Source: an uncultured Actinomycetota bacterium (lineage in GTDB: Bacteria > Actinomycetota > Actinomycetes > JAHEKZ01). From it: a stretch of DNA of 64,000 bases. Both the position numbers and the translations under genes were made by a program. This document shows positions 45,262 through 54,942 of this stretch, one piece after another (positions within the stretch are counted from its first letter, which is position 1; the number at the start of each line of letters is the position of its first letter). A model generated the notes under the pieces. It searched no databases. It was given only the letters and a program-made list of their open reading frames with translations, and had not been told where the DNA came from. The stretch spans positions 2,336,001 to 2,400,000 of the forward strand of contig CAWHIJ010000003.1 in NCBI GenBank assembly GCA_963829525.1, read 5' to 3'.

Positions 45262-45618
45262 TCAGCCGGCGGCGACGATCGCTGCGGCAGAGGCCAGGGA
45301 CAGCACCACCAGCACGCCGGCGGGCAAGACGGCAGCGAGCGGTAGTCGGCGCGTCAGTTGACGAAACGCGAAAGCCGCATAGGACAGCGCGAGAACGACA
45401 GCAGCGACGGCAGCAACTGCGTGGGCGGCGAAGATCCCCACGACCAGGAACGCAGCCGCCACCAGCTCGAGCCAGCCGGAGGCAGTCCAGACACCGGCAG
45501 AGATCCCCGCCCGGTCGCGAACTTGGAGCGACGCGGGCAGCCGCTGCACCTTTGCCATGCCGACAATGACGGCAAGGAGAGTGAGCAGGAGGGAGAGACC
45601 GACCGCCAGCAGTTCCAC
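45262..45618 (-). CDS. DoxX-like membrane protein
   Basis: GMAKV...GWLELVAAAFLVVGI; four hydrophobic segments. Confidence 0.65.
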   Translation of the reverse strand: MELLAVGLSLLLTLLAVIVGMAKVQRLPASLQVRDRAGISAGVWTASGWLELVAAAFLVVGIFAAHAVAAVAAVVLALSYAAFAFRQLTRRLPLAAVLPAGVLVVLSLASAAAIVAAG

Positions 45619-45636
45619 GCCCGGGATCCTCTCAGA

Positions 45637-46038
45637 TCACCTTCTGGTGATCAGTCGCCGCACCTCGGCGAGGAGCTGGTCCGGGTCGAACGGCTTGGTC
45701 AGGTACCCGTCCGCGCCGGCGCCCTGTGCGAGTTCGAAGTCGCGACGCTGCGCCGAAGCACTCACGATGAGGATCGGGATCGACGCCATCGAGGGCGTTG
45801 CCTTGAGCTTGGCGGTGAGTTCGACGCCATCGAGCCCAGGCATCACGACGTCCAGGCAGAGCAGCTGCGGGGCAAGCGCGCGCCCCTCGGAGACCTCAGC
45901 CAGCAGCCGGAGACATTCCTGACCATCCTCAGCTGTCTGGACGTCATACCCCTCGAGTCCGAGGTTAAGCGCGATCAACTCACGGATCGTCGAAGAGTCG
46001 TCGACGACCATCACGCGTCCCATGCTCTGCTCCGCCAC
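45637..46038 (-). CDS. Single-domain response regulator (receiver)
   Basis: VVDD, LDVVMPGLDG, YLTKPFDP. Confidence 0.9.
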   Translation of the reverse strand: MAEQSMGRVMVVDDSSTIRELIALNLGLEGYDVQTAEDGQECLRLLAEVSEGRALAPQLLCLDVVMPGLDGVELTAKLKATPSMASIPILIVSASAQRRDFELAQGAGADGYLTKPFDPDQLLAEVRRLITRR

Positions 46039-46069
46039 ACCACTCCTTCGGCCGAACGGGGGTCGATCT

Positions 46070-46909
46070 TCAGGCCACCGATGCGAGAACGGCTACTGAT
46101 ACCGCCGCAAGGGCCAGCCCCCACCGCTGCAGGGCCTGCAGGTGCTCCTTGAGGACGATCCTCGCCATCAGCACGGTGGCCGCTGGATACAGGGCGGTGA
46201 TCACGGCGACCACCGTCAGCAGACCCTCGCGGGTCGCGAGCATGAACATGGCCGTGGCTGCCACGTCCAACAGCGTCGACACCCCAGCTAGGACCAGGAC
46301 GTCGCGTGGTGGTCTGGCCAGCACCCGAGAGCCGATGGCCGCGCCGAGGAGCAGGACCGAGGTGACGATGCGGACGACGACCAGGGGCCACAACCCGCTG
46401 TCGTCCGGAGCCCGTTCCAGCGCCACCAAGAAGATCGAGATGAAGACGCCTGCACCGAAGGAGAGCAACAACACTTGCGCCGAGACCGGATGCGGTGCGT
46501 CATCATGCACCTGACTCACCATGAGGACGGCCAGCATCCCCATCGCGATGCCGATCCAGCCCAGGGGTGGCAGTCGCTCTCCGAAGGCCACACCGGCCAG
46601 CACTGGGAGCACCACAGCGACCAACGCCGAGATCGGCGACGCGACACTCATCGGTCCGATGGCCAGCGCGCGAAAGAGCATCACGTACGCGAAGGCCCCG
46701 CCCAATCCCGACACTGCGCCCCAGAACCAGACCTCCGAGGTCACCGTCCCACCAACCAGCGGAGCCACCACAAGCAGAACGACGAGCCCGAGGGGCTGGG
46801 TCAGCGATCCCAGTAGAAAGATGTGGGCGCGCCGTGCCGCGAGCCCACCGAGGAAGTCCGTCAGGCCATAGGCGACCGACGACCCCAGAGCCAACAGGAT
46901 CGCTGTCAC
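46070..46909 (-). CDS. DMT/EamA family transporter
   Basis: YGLTDFLGGLAARR, GPMSVASPISA, LYPAATVLMAR. Confidence 0.88.
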   Translation of the reverse strand: MTAILLALGSSVAYGLTDFLGGLAARRAHIFLLGSLTQPLGLVVLLVVAPLVGGTVTSEVWFWGAVSGLGGAFAYVMLFRALAIGPMSVASPISALVAVVLPVLAGVAFGERLPPLGWIGIAMGMLAVLMVSQVHDDAPHPVSAQVLLLSFGAGVFISIFLVALERAPDDSGLWPLVVVRIVTSVLLLGAAIGSRVLARPPRDVLVLAGVSTLLDVAATAMFMLATREGLLTVVAVITALYPAATVLMARIVLKEHLQALQRWGLALAAVSVAVLASVA

Positions 46910-47532
46910 GCTGCAGTCGTCCCCAGAATCCTGCGAGCTGAGCGCATGGCAGCCCTGGTGGCGCGGGCCGAGCGCATTCGGTTGTCGCCGAGCTCTACTT
47001 GCAGGGAGAGCCCGTCGACCAAAGCAACTAGCGACGCGGCAGCCTCCTCCGACGATCCGTCGATCGTGAAGTCACCGGTGGTGACCCCGTCCTCCACTGC
47101 TCGCCGAACCAGTAACCGCCAGCCGCGCGCGATGGCAGCGGACTCCTCGCGCAGCGCAGGGTCACGCGATGCTGCACGCCAGTACTCCATCCACAAGAGC
47201 CAGCCCTCGCGACGCCGCCCATCATCGATGGAGATTCCCAGCCGAATGAAGGTCTCGATCCGCTTCCATGGGTCGAGCTCACCTTCAACGGCTGCACGCA
47301 GCCGAGCAAGCTCCTCGGCGACTCCCGTTCGCAAGACTTCACGGACCAGCGCCTCGCGCGTACCGAAGCCGTACTGCAGCGAGCTGACAGGCACGCCTGT
47401 CGCCTCTGCCACGTCGGCGAAGCGAAGGGCGTCGAAGCCGCGCCCGACTGCCACGGCCCGAGCCTGTCGAAGAAGATCATCACGGTCGTGGGCCGGCGGG
47501 CGGCCCTTGCGTTTGGGGTCAGACATACCCAT
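46906..47532 (-). CDS. TetR family regulator (BetI-like C-terminus)
   Basis: DVAEATGVPVSSLQYGFGTREAL HTH; LVALVDGL. Confidence 0.88.
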   Translation of the reverse strand: MGMSDPKRKGRPPAHDRDDLLRQARAVAVGRGFDALRFADVAEATGVPVSSLQYGFGTREALVREVLRTGVAEELARLRAAVEGELDPWKRIETFIRLGISIDDGRRREGWLLWMEYWRAASRDPALREESAAIARGWRLLVRRAVEDGVTTGDFTIDGSSEEAAASLVALVDGLSLQVELGDNRMRSARATRAAMRSARRILGTTAA

Positions 47533-47539
47533 TGTTCTA

Positions 47540-47555
47540 CCGTATGCCGATACGG
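47540..47555. promoter_or_regulatory. Putative TetR operator
   Basis: CCGTAT-gccg-ATACGG inverted repeat overlapping the TACGGT -10 of tetR in a 40-bp divergent gap. Confidence 0.6.
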
Positions 47556-47572
47556 AAACATTGAGGGAGACC

Positions 47573-48961
47573 ATGGACACCGCACGACGCTCTATCTCGT
47601 ACTGGCACGACTCACTCCCTGAAGGAGAGCTCGCTGCCCTGCGTCCTGAGCTGCCCGGCGACATCGACGCTGACGTCGCCATCGCCGGAGGGGGTTTCAC
47701 CGGTCTTTGGACTGCCTACTACCTGGCGCTCCGTGACCCCTCTCTCCGCATCGTCGTGCTCGAGAAAGACTTCGCAGGGTTCGGCGCTTCCGGTCGCAAC
47801 GGCGGATGGGCATCGGCCTTTCTTCCCACTAGCTGGGAGGCGGTCGCCAAGGCATCCTCTCGCGACGAGGCACTCCGCATGCAGCGAGCCGCCAACGCCG
47901 CCGTCGACGTCGTGGGCTCGGTAGCTGCCGAGGAAGGCATTGACGCCCACTACGCCAAGGGTGGATACCTCCGCGTTGCGACGTCTGCGCTGCAGTGGGC
48001 CCGATTGCAGCAGCAGCTCGCCCACGCTCGCGAATGGGACCAGACCGAAGAAGACATCGCCCTTCTCGATCGTCGCGAGGCAACAGCCCGCATCGACGCC
48101 GACGGGGTTTTCGGCGGGCTGTACACGCCGCAATGCGCCGCGATACACCCGGCGCGGATGGTGCGCGGACTGGCAGCGGCTGCCGAGCGACTCGGTGTGA
48201 CCATCTACGAGGGCACCGAGGTCACGGCCATCGAACCGGGAGCAGCACGCACAGCGCTCGGAACCGTACGTGCCGAAGTGGTGGTTCGCGCGCTTGAGGG
48301 GTACACCGCGAGCCTGCCGCAGTACCGACGCGCGCTGTTGCCGATGTACTCGCTGATGATCGCCACCGAACCCCTCCCCGACCACGTGTGGGACGAGATC
48401 GGCTGGCGCGATCGCGAGACTCTCAATGACGACCGGCGCTTCCTGATCTACGCGCAGCGCACAGCCGATGGCCGCATCGCGCTCGGCGGTCGTGGTGCTC
48501 CATACCGGTGGGGTTCTCGGATCGACCCCGCCTTCGAACACCCTCGCGGGGTACACGAGGCGCTGCGCCACAGCTTGATCAAGCTCTTCCCCGCCCTCCA
48601 CGGCATCTCCATCACTCACCGGTGGGGAGGCGTCCTAGGCGTTCCGCGTGACTGGTTCCCGTCGGTCCGCTTCGACCGATCCACCGGGTTTGCCACCGCA
48701 GGTGGGTACGCCGGCGACGGCGTAACCCTCACCAACCTTGCCGGGCGGACGTTGGCCGACCTCATCACTGGAACCGAGAGCGACCTGACCTCGCTGCCGT
48801 GGGTCGGGCACGAGTCGCGCAACTTCGAGCCAGAGCCAATGCGCTTCACAGGGGTCAACGCCGGCATGCGGCTGGCCTCGTGGGTCGACAGCCGCGAAGA
48901 GCGGACCGGCCGTCACGCCGGCGTCCTGGACAAAGCGCTAGGCCTGCTTAGCGGCCACTGA
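47573..48961 (+). CDS. FAD-dependent oxidoreductase (DAO/PuuB-like)
   Basis: AGGGFTGLW, GFGASGRNGG, GGYAGDGV. Confidence 0.9.
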   Translation: MDTARRSISYWHDSLPEGELAALRPELPGDIDADVAIAGGGFTGLWTAYYLALRDPSLRIVVLEKDFAGFGASGRNGGWASAFLPTSWEAVAKASSRDEALRMQRAANAAVDVVGSVAAEEGIDAHYAKGGYLRVATSALQWARLQQQLAHAREWDQTEEDIALLDRREATARIDADGVFGGLYTPQCAAIHPARMVRGLAAAAERLGVTIYEGTEVTAIEPGAARTALGTVRAEVVVRALEGYTASLPQYRRALLPMYSLMIATEPLPDHVWDEIGWRDRETLNDDRRFLIYAQRTADGRIALGGRGAPYRWGSRIDPAFEHPRGVHEALRHSLIKLFPALHGISITHRWGGVLGVPRDWFPSVRFDRSTGFATAGGYAGDGVTLTNLAGRTLADLITGTESDLTSLPWVGHESRNFEPEPMRFTGVNAGMRLASWVDSREERTGRHAGVLDKALGLLSGH

Positions 48962-48992
48962 TGCCAGGCCGTCCTCACCCTGCCGGAGGGTC

Positions 48993-49595
48993 TTAGAGCG
49001 CCTTTCGGGCGGCGAGCATGTCTTCCATGGTCGCGATCTCAGCTTGCTGTCCGGCCACGATGGTGTCCGCCAGGTAGGTCACCTCCTCGCGTTCGGTGAG
49101 TGGCAGCACCGCCTCGGCCATCTCGACCCCGCCTTTGTGGTGCTCGATCATCAGCTGAAGAAAGAGGATCTCGGCCTCCCTCCCAGACGCGTCGCGCAGC
49201 TTCTGCAGATCAGCGTCCGATGCCATACCGGGCATGTCGTCGTACGACGTCATCATTGCGTCGTTGTGCCCATGGTCGGTCCACTCCATCGGTGGCCGCA
49301 CTGACGTCTGCGGTAGCTCCCACTGCTGGAGCCAGCCGCTGAACATCCCGATCTGGGCGCGCTGAGTGTTGATGATGTCGTAAGCCATGGCGCGCACCTC
49401 GGGATCGTCGGTGCGATCGCGCACGATGAAGGCAAGCTCGACCGCCTGGGCGTGGTGCACCGACATGTCGCGCGCAAATCCGGCCTCGGCCGACTGGTCC
49501 CCCGGCTCGGTCTCGTTGCCCAACAGGAGCGCGCCAAGGACGAGGCCGAGAATGAGCGCCGCGACCGCGGCGATTGCGACCGTCAGGGCCTTCAC
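48993..49595 (-). CDS. DUF305 domain protein
   Basis: FARDMSVHHAQAV and LMIEHHKGGVEMA HH repeats. Confidence 0.88.
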   Translation of the reverse strand: MKALTVAIAAVAALILGLVLGALLLGNETEPGDQSAEAGFARDMSVHHAQAVELAFIVRDRTDDPEVRAMAYDIINTQRAQIGMFSGWLQQWELPQTSVRPPMEWTDHGHNDAMMTSYDDMPGMASDADLQKLRDASGREAEILFLQLMIEHHKGGVEMAEAVLPLTEREEVTYLADTIVAGQQAEIATMEDMLAARKAL

Positions 49596-50137
49596 TCCAT
49601 CAGCCCCGACTCACAGGTGGCGCCGGGCTCGGGGGTCTGCGGGCCGGCTCGGTACATGGTGAGGAACTCATCGATGCGCGGGTCGCCAGCGCTGTCAACG
49701 CCGAGTTGGACACCCCATGCGGTGAGCACGATGGGCGAGTCCTGGCCCGGATAGGGACTCATGAACGAGTACGGCTGACCGTCGACCTTGGCGGCCAGGG
49801 CGTCGATGTCGGTCTGAGAGACGGCGTCGGTGTAGGTCACCCAGACAGCGCCGTGCTCCATCGAGTGCACGGCATTCTCGTTCCGGAGCGGCTGCTCATA
49901 GACAGTGCCCGTGCAGTCCATCCACTTCGGATCGTGGTCGCCGCCCACGGGAGGACTCTGCGGGTAGTCGACATCGTCAGTTGTGTGATCGCGCGCAAGA
50001 TCCCCGTACGTCTGGACCCCCTCGATCCCCCCGTCACTGGGCGTTGGAGTGGGCTCGGAGCTACTCGAGCAACCAACCAGCGATCCCATGACGAAGACGA
50101 CGGAGACGGCGAGCACAACCTGTGAGCGAGTCTTCAT
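49592..50137 (-). CDS. DUF3105 domain lipoprotein
   Basis: LVGC lipobox, SPPVGGDH, VHSMEHGAVWVTY, GPQTPEPGATC. Confidence 0.85.
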   Translation of the reverse strand: MKTRSQVVLAVSVVFVMGSLVGCSSSSEPTPTPSDGGIEGVQTYGDLARDHTTDDVDYPQSPPVGGDHDPKWMDCTGTVYEQPLRNENAVHSMEHGAVWVTYTDAVSQTDIDALAAKVDGQPYSFMSPYPGQDSPIVLTAWGVQLGVDSAGDPRIDEFLTMYRAGPQTPEPGATCESGLME

Positions 50138-50168
50138 ACCCACGATGGAACCACGTTGCAGCACCGGA

Positions 50169-52682
50169 TCAGGACAACGGGCGGCTCCGCTCGGCGTCGA
50201 AGAAGGGCCGCAGCGACGCCTTAACCGGCACGCGGGTGCCGGCGATGTCGACCTCGAAGCTGCCGCCGTTGATGTCAGCGGCGGTGAACCCGGCCTCTCT
50301 CTCGACATCGGCGATGCCACAGGCAGCCCCCAGCGAGTACCCGAAGGCCCCGACTCGGAGCGAACCGACTGGCTCGCTATCGATGAAGATCGGCTCGGCC
50401 CCGACAAGGTCGAAGTCTGCAGACTCAAGAAGGACGTTGACGAGTCGCTTCTTCAGCGGACCACTCTCCTTCTGCTTGAGAAGCGCCTCGCGTCCGACGA
50501 AACCACCCGGCTTGTCCCAGGCGACGGCGAACCCGAGGCCAGCCTCGAGAGGAGTGTCCGTCGAGTCGATGTCGTGCCCCATGTCGCGATAGGCCTTCTC
50601 CATGCGCATCGACGACAACGCTCCAACCCCGGTCGGCTTGAATCCAAGGTCTTGGCCAGCAGCGCGGATCTGGTCGTAGAGGGTCGCGCCGAACTCAGTA
50701 GGAATGAGCAGGTCCCAGCCGAGCTCGCCAACGTAGGTGACGCGCAGCGCCCAGAGCGGCGTATATCCGAGTTCGACCTTCTGCGCGGTGAGGTAGGGAA
50801 ACGCCTCGTTCGACCAGTCGTTCGGGCTGAGCCGCTGCAGCAGCTCGCGGGAACGTGGGCCCTGGACGGTGAGTAGCCCCAGTCCGCTGGTGACGTCGGT
50901 GACCGTGAGGAACTCACCCTCGTCGGTGTGCCGGCGGATCCAGGCAGGCAGCCGCCGGTGGACGTTGTCGGCGCTGATGACCAGGAACTGGTCGTCAGCC
51001 TGACGCGTCACGGTCACGTCGGCGATGATGCCGCCGCGCTCGTCGAGCCACTGGGTGTAGACGATGCGTCCGACCTCGGTGTCGATGTCGTTGGCGCACA
51101 CCCGGTTCATCACCTGCATCGCGTGCGGGCCCTGGACGAGGTAGTTCGACATCATCGTCATGTCGATGGCGCCGACGTTCTCGCGCGCATTCAGGTGCTC
51201 GTCACGGGTACGGTCGAACGCCTCACCCCGCTTGAACCCCCACTCGACTGTTGGCGTAGCACCTGGGCCACTGAAGAACTCCGGGTACTCCCAGCCGTTG
51301 GACGCGACCATGTAGGCGCCGTCCGCCAGGTGCTGCTCGTGGAACGGCCCGCGTCGAACGTTGCGACCTTCCTTCGGCATGGCGTTCGGCCACGACAGGT
51401 CGTTGAGCAGGAAGCCAAGGCGCTCGACGGTTCGCTCCTTACGGAACAACCGCGTCGCCTGGAACTCGTGGGTGCGGTCAACGCCCACCTCGGTGAGGTC
51501 GATCGGCGGGTACTCCTCGATCAGCCACTGCGCCATGACGTGGCCGAGCCCGCCACCCATGAGGATGCCGACGGAGTTCAGGCCGCAGGCGAGGTAGAGC
51601 CCATCCACCTCGGGCGACTCACCCAGCATTGGCGAGATGTCGTCGGTGAAGCTCTCCGGTCCGCAGAAGAGCGTGCGGATACCCGCGTCTTCCAAGGCGG
51701 GGAAGCGTTTCATCGCCTTCTCGAGGAACGGCGAGAGACGGTCCCAGTCGGGCGGTAGAACGGCGAACGCGGAGTCCTTGGGAGTGCCGTCCAACGACCA
51801 CGCCGCACCGACCGGCTCGAACATTCCGACGAGCAGGCCGCCGCCCTCTTCGCGGTAGTAGCCGTAGGCCTCGGGGTCTTCGATCACCGGGACGCTCTCG
51901 GGCGTGACGCCGTCGATCGGCTCGGTCAGCAGGTAGTAGTGCTCAGCGGCCTGCAGCGGAACGGTAACGCCGGCCTTGGCTGCAAGCTCCCGGCCCCACA
52001 GCCCCGATGCCAGCACGACCTTCTCGCATTCGATGGTTCCGCGTTCGGTCACGACGCCAACGATGCGGCTGTCCTTGATGACGAAGTCGATGACCTCGGT
52101 GTTCTCGAAGATCTGGGCGCCCTTCATCTTGGCGCCTTTGGCCATCGACATGGTCACGTCGACCGGGTTGGCGCGGCCCTCGTCCGGCGTCCAGAACCCG
52201 TGGATGACGTCGTCCACCTGCATGAGGGGAACGATGTCGAGGATCTCCTGCGGAGACAGGATCTGCTTCTCCATGCCGATCGAGCGCATGTAGGCGGTTT
52301 CGCGCCGGTAGGCCTCGTCGCGACGCTCAGTCGTGGCCAGCTGGAGATAGCCGACGTCCTTGAAACCGGTCGACAGGCCCGTCTCCTTCTCCAACCTGGT
52401 GTAGAGGTCGCGCGAGTACCGCGCCATCCAGAGCGGATCTTCCGATGCCCCTCCGGAGACCACCTCACCGGCGGCATGCCAGGTGGTGCCAGAGGTCAGC
52501 TGTTTACGCTCCAGAAGCACGACGTCCGTGGCGCCCATCGTCGCAAGGTGGTAGGCGATCGAGGTACCGATCACCCCACCACCGACGACGACGTACTGCG
52601 CCCGCGACGGCAGATCTGAGCCGCTCTGGGTATCGGCAGCCTTTGCTGCCGCTGGGTTGATATCAGCGAAGTCGAGAGACAT
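50169..52682 (-). CDS. GcvT-family FAD/folate-dependent dehydrogenase (sarcosine/dimethylglycine dehydrogenase-like)
   Basis: GGGVIG, LTSGTTWHAAG, CGPESFT, TYVGELGW, SMRMEKAY. Confidence 0.9.
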   Translation of the reverse strand: MSLDFADINPAAAKAADTQSGSDLPSRAQYVVVGGGVIGTSIAYHLATMGATDVVLLERKQLTSGTTWHAAGEVVSGGASEDPLWMARYSRDLYTRLEKETGLSTGFKDVGYLQLATTERRDEAYRRETAYMRSIGMEKQILSPQEILDIVPLMQVDDVIHGFWTPDEGRANPVDVTMSMAKGAKMKGAQIFENTEVIDFVIKDSRIVGVVTERGTIECEKVVLASGLWGRELAAKAGVTVPLQAAEHYYLLTEPIDGVTPESVPVIEDPEAYGYYREEGGGLLVGMFEPVGAAWSLDGTPKDSAFAVLPPDWDRLSPFLEKAMKRFPALEDAGIRTLFCGPESFTDDISPMLGESPEVDGLYLACGLNSVGILMGGGLGHVMAQWLIEEYPPIDLTEVGVDRTHEFQATRLFRKERTVERLGFLLNDLSWPNAMPKEGRNVRRGPFHEQHLADGAYMVASNGWEYPEFFSGPGATPTVEWGFKRGEAFDRTRDEHLNARENVGAIDMTMMSNYLVQGPHAMQVMNRVCANDIDTEVGRIVYTQWLDERGGIIADVTVTRQADDQFLVISADNVHRRLPAWIRRHTDEGEFLTVTDVTSGLGLLTVQGPRSRELLQRLSPNDWSNEAFPYLTAQKVELGYTPLWALRVTYVGELGWDLLIPTEFGATLYDQIRAAGQDLGFKPTGVGALSSMRMEKAYRDMGHDIDSTDTPLEAGLGFAVAWDKPGGFVGREALLKQKESGPLKKRLVNVLLESADFDLVGAEPIFIDSEPVGSLRVGAFGYSLGAACGIADVEREAGFTAADINGGSFEVDIAGTRVPVKASLRPFFDAERSRPLS

Positions 52683-52765
52683 GTCGTCAGCCTGCCATGG
52701 GTTGGTTCGCTGGTCGACCATTCAGTCAAAATGGGGGTAAAGATTCCGCAACGCTGGTCAAGCGC

Positions 52766-53389
52766 TCAGGCTTGGGGGTCTTCGCAGGAGGCTCCCGGCT
52801 CCGGTGTCTGCGGTCCCTGCCGGAACTCGGTGACGAAGTCGTCCAACCGGGGGTCGTCCGGGCCATCGAGGAGGAGCTGGTTGTTCCACGCGGTCGCGAC
52901 CACCGGGGCCTCCTGCCCCTCGAACGGCGAGAGCAGCGTGTAGTTCTCGTCCAGCCTGCCCTTCAGCGCGTCGATCTCCGACTCGGACAACGCGGGGTCG
53001 TAGGTGATCCAAACCGCACCATGCTCGAGCGAGTGCACCGCCTTCTCGCTGGCGATGGGGTCGTCGTAGAACTTGCACTCCAGCCAGACCGGGCTGTGCT
53101 CCCCACCGACCGGCGGTGACTCTTCGTACTCGACCTGGTCGTCGACCGCCGGAGTGTGTTTCCCGGCGCCGTAGTCGAAGGTCTGCACCTCGTCGAGGGC
53201 ACCCGGAGTGGCATCCTCGGTTCCGGCCTGGACCGCCCAGACCACACCACCCACCGTCACGACGACGGCTGTCACCAGACCACCGGTGAGCAGCGCGGTC
53301 GATCGGCGGGATCGCTTGGTGTCGTCATTGCGCATCTGCGCAACCTTCTTCTCACGCTCTTCGCGCCGGCGCTGGGCGTTCGACCCCAT
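52766..53389 (-). CDS. DUF3105 domain membrane-anchored protein
   Basis: N-terminal TM, SPPVGGEH, VHSLEHGAVWITY, GPQTPEPGASC. Confidence 0.85.
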   Translation of the reverse strand: MGSNAQRRREEREKKVAQMRNDDTKRSRRSTALLTGGLVTAVVVTVGGVVWAVQAGTEDATPGALDEVQTFDYGAGKHTPAVDDQVEYEESPPVGGEHSPVWLECKFYDDPIASEKAVHSLEHGAVWITYDPALSESEIDALKGRLDENYTLLSPFEGQEAPVVATAWNNQLLLDGPDDPRLDDFVTEFRQGPQTPEPGASCEDPQA

Positions 53390-53504
53390 GTTCACTCCTG
53401 AAGTGTGCTTCGTGTCTTGAAGACTGTAACCTCAGCCACACCAAGACGCCGCTCCACGCGCCTCTGCACGCGTCTGCACTGGTCTCCAGGGATCTCACGG
53501 GGTT

Positions 53505-54278
53505 TCAGCCCGGGAGGCGAAGTTTCCGCGTCGTCGCGACTAGACCGAACCCCAGCGACTCATAGAGCCGTCGGGCCGGGTTGCCTTCGGTGACGGCCAG
53601 CGACACCGACGACTCCCCCGACTCTCGGCAGAGGATGAGCGCGCGGACGAGGAGGGCGCGACCCAGTCCCGCGTAGCGCCGATCTGGGTCGCGAAACAGG
53701 TCGGTGACCCATGGCCCGCCGGTGGGCGCAGCGCCAGGAACCCGGTTGACCATGACCAACCCGACGGGCCGATCATCGTCGAAAACCAGGGCACTCATGT
53801 CCATCAAGGCACCGAGTCGATCGCCGTCGAGCGCGCGCCTGATGTCGCGGACGATGTCGTCATCGCTGCCGAGCTCTTCATCAGGATGGCCGGGCGGGTA
53901 GGCCGATCTGACCAATCCGATGATGTCGCGCGGGATCTCACTGTCGATCATCAGCGGACGCACGTCGTAAACATCCAGCGACGCGATGTCACCAATCCGC
54001 TCACCCCGAGAGGCAAGATCGACGGTCATCAGGGAAAAGTGCCGAGTCGACAAGGCGCCGCACTCGATCAGAGCCGAGGCGAGCGCATCGTCGGTAGTGG
54101 TGAGGTTCCACCCGGCCAGGTCGGTCAGGATGGCATCGACCACGCGCCCCAGATCCGCCGTTGCCTCGAACAGCTCAGCTGAGGGAGGGTCCGCGTCGTA
54201 CCGGTTGAACTGTCCGAGCAGTTCGCTACCGCGCGTCAACTGCTCAACGCGTTGGCTCCTGTCGCTGTCCCCATCCAC
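53505..54278 (-). CDS. GNAT family acetyltransferase
   Basis: YAGLGRALL, LAVTEGNPARRLYESLGF. Confidence 0.82.
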   Translation of the reverse strand: MDGDSDRSQRVEQLTRGSELLGQFNRYDADPPSAELFEATADLGRVVDAILTDLAGWNLTTTDDALASALIECGALSTRHFSLMTVDLASRGERIGDIASLDVYDVRPLMIDSEIPRDIIGLVRSAYPPGHPDEELGSDDDIVRDIRRALDGDRLGALMDMSALVFDDDRPVGLVMVNRVPGAAPTGGPWVTDLFRDPDRRYAGLGRALLVRALILCRESGESSVSLAVTEGNPARRLYESLGFGLVATTRKLRLPG

Positions 54279-54382
54279 ACACCATGCCTATCGCGTCAGC
54301 CCGCGCTGCGCCATCACAATCTGCAACGGGTCAGGCCGACGGGAGTGTGACCCGCCGCCGCTGATAGCCTCCCGAAGTCCCC

Positions 54383-54454
54383 GCCCCCGTAGCTCAGGGG
54401 ATAGAGCATCGGCCTCCGGAGCCGTGTGCGCAGGTTCGAATCCTGCCGGGGGCA
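54383..54454 (+). tRNA. tRNA-Arg(CCG)
   Basis: GCCCCCG/CGGGGGC acceptor stem, GCTC/GAGC D-stem, CT-CCG-GA anticodon loop, GCAGG-TTCGAAT-CCTGC; CCA not encoded. Confidence 0.95.
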
Positions 54455-54464
54455 CAGTGTGACC

Positions 54465-54503
54465 GCAGGGGTTCGACGCAGGGATTCGCCGCAGGGGTTC
54501 GAC
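54465..54503. repeat. Three tandem 13-bp repeats directly after the tRNA
   Basis: gcaggggttcgac / gcagggattcgcc / gcaggggttcgac. Confidence 0.7.
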
Positions 54504-54517
54504 TAGGACAGGGTCAC

Positions 54518-54868
54518 CTAGATGGGTGTTGCTCCCTCGGCCGTGATGAGTATCAGCACGAACCGGCACGGTGTCAGGGCGAGCACGGCGTGGCGTTCGT
54601 TGGGCGCCAGGTAGACCACATCACCAGCTGCCAGGTTGTGACGCTGACCTGCCGCGGTGAAGGTGATGCTTCCTTCCATCACCTGGACAACGACTGGGCG
54701 TGGCGCCGAGTGGTCGGTCAGCTCTTGCCCCGCGTCCATGGCGAAGGACACCACGCGGGCGGCGTCGTTGCTCACGACAGTGCGTGAGGTCGTGGCCTCC
54801 CCCGTGATGGGCAGCTCCGCATGGACGTTCTCGACCACGATGGAATCTGCTACCGCCGTCTTCGTCAT
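54518..54868 (-). CDS. Cupin domain protein
   Basis: FAMDAGQELTDHSA...GDVVYLAPNERHAV. Confidence 0.85.
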   Translation of the reverse strand: MTKTAVADSIVVENVHAELPITGEATTSRTVVSNDAARVVSFAMDAGQELTDHSAPRPVVVQVMEGSITFTAAGQRHNLAAGDVVYLAPNERHAVLALTPCRFVLILITAEGATPI

Positions 54869-54942
54869 CGTGGCCTCCGGACCGTTGCAACTCCGGTCCC
54901 GATCCTTTCACACTCCCACGGAGCCGATCGAACTACTGAGAG

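Noticed and set aside
54407-54425. U-U mismatch at the top of the tRNA anticodon stem as a sign of a pseudo-tRNA
   Set aside because: Mismatches at 27-43 are tolerated, all other arms are intact, and it could be a base-call error
54465-54503. Mini-CRISPR array
   Set aside because: 13-bp units with no spacers and no cas genes
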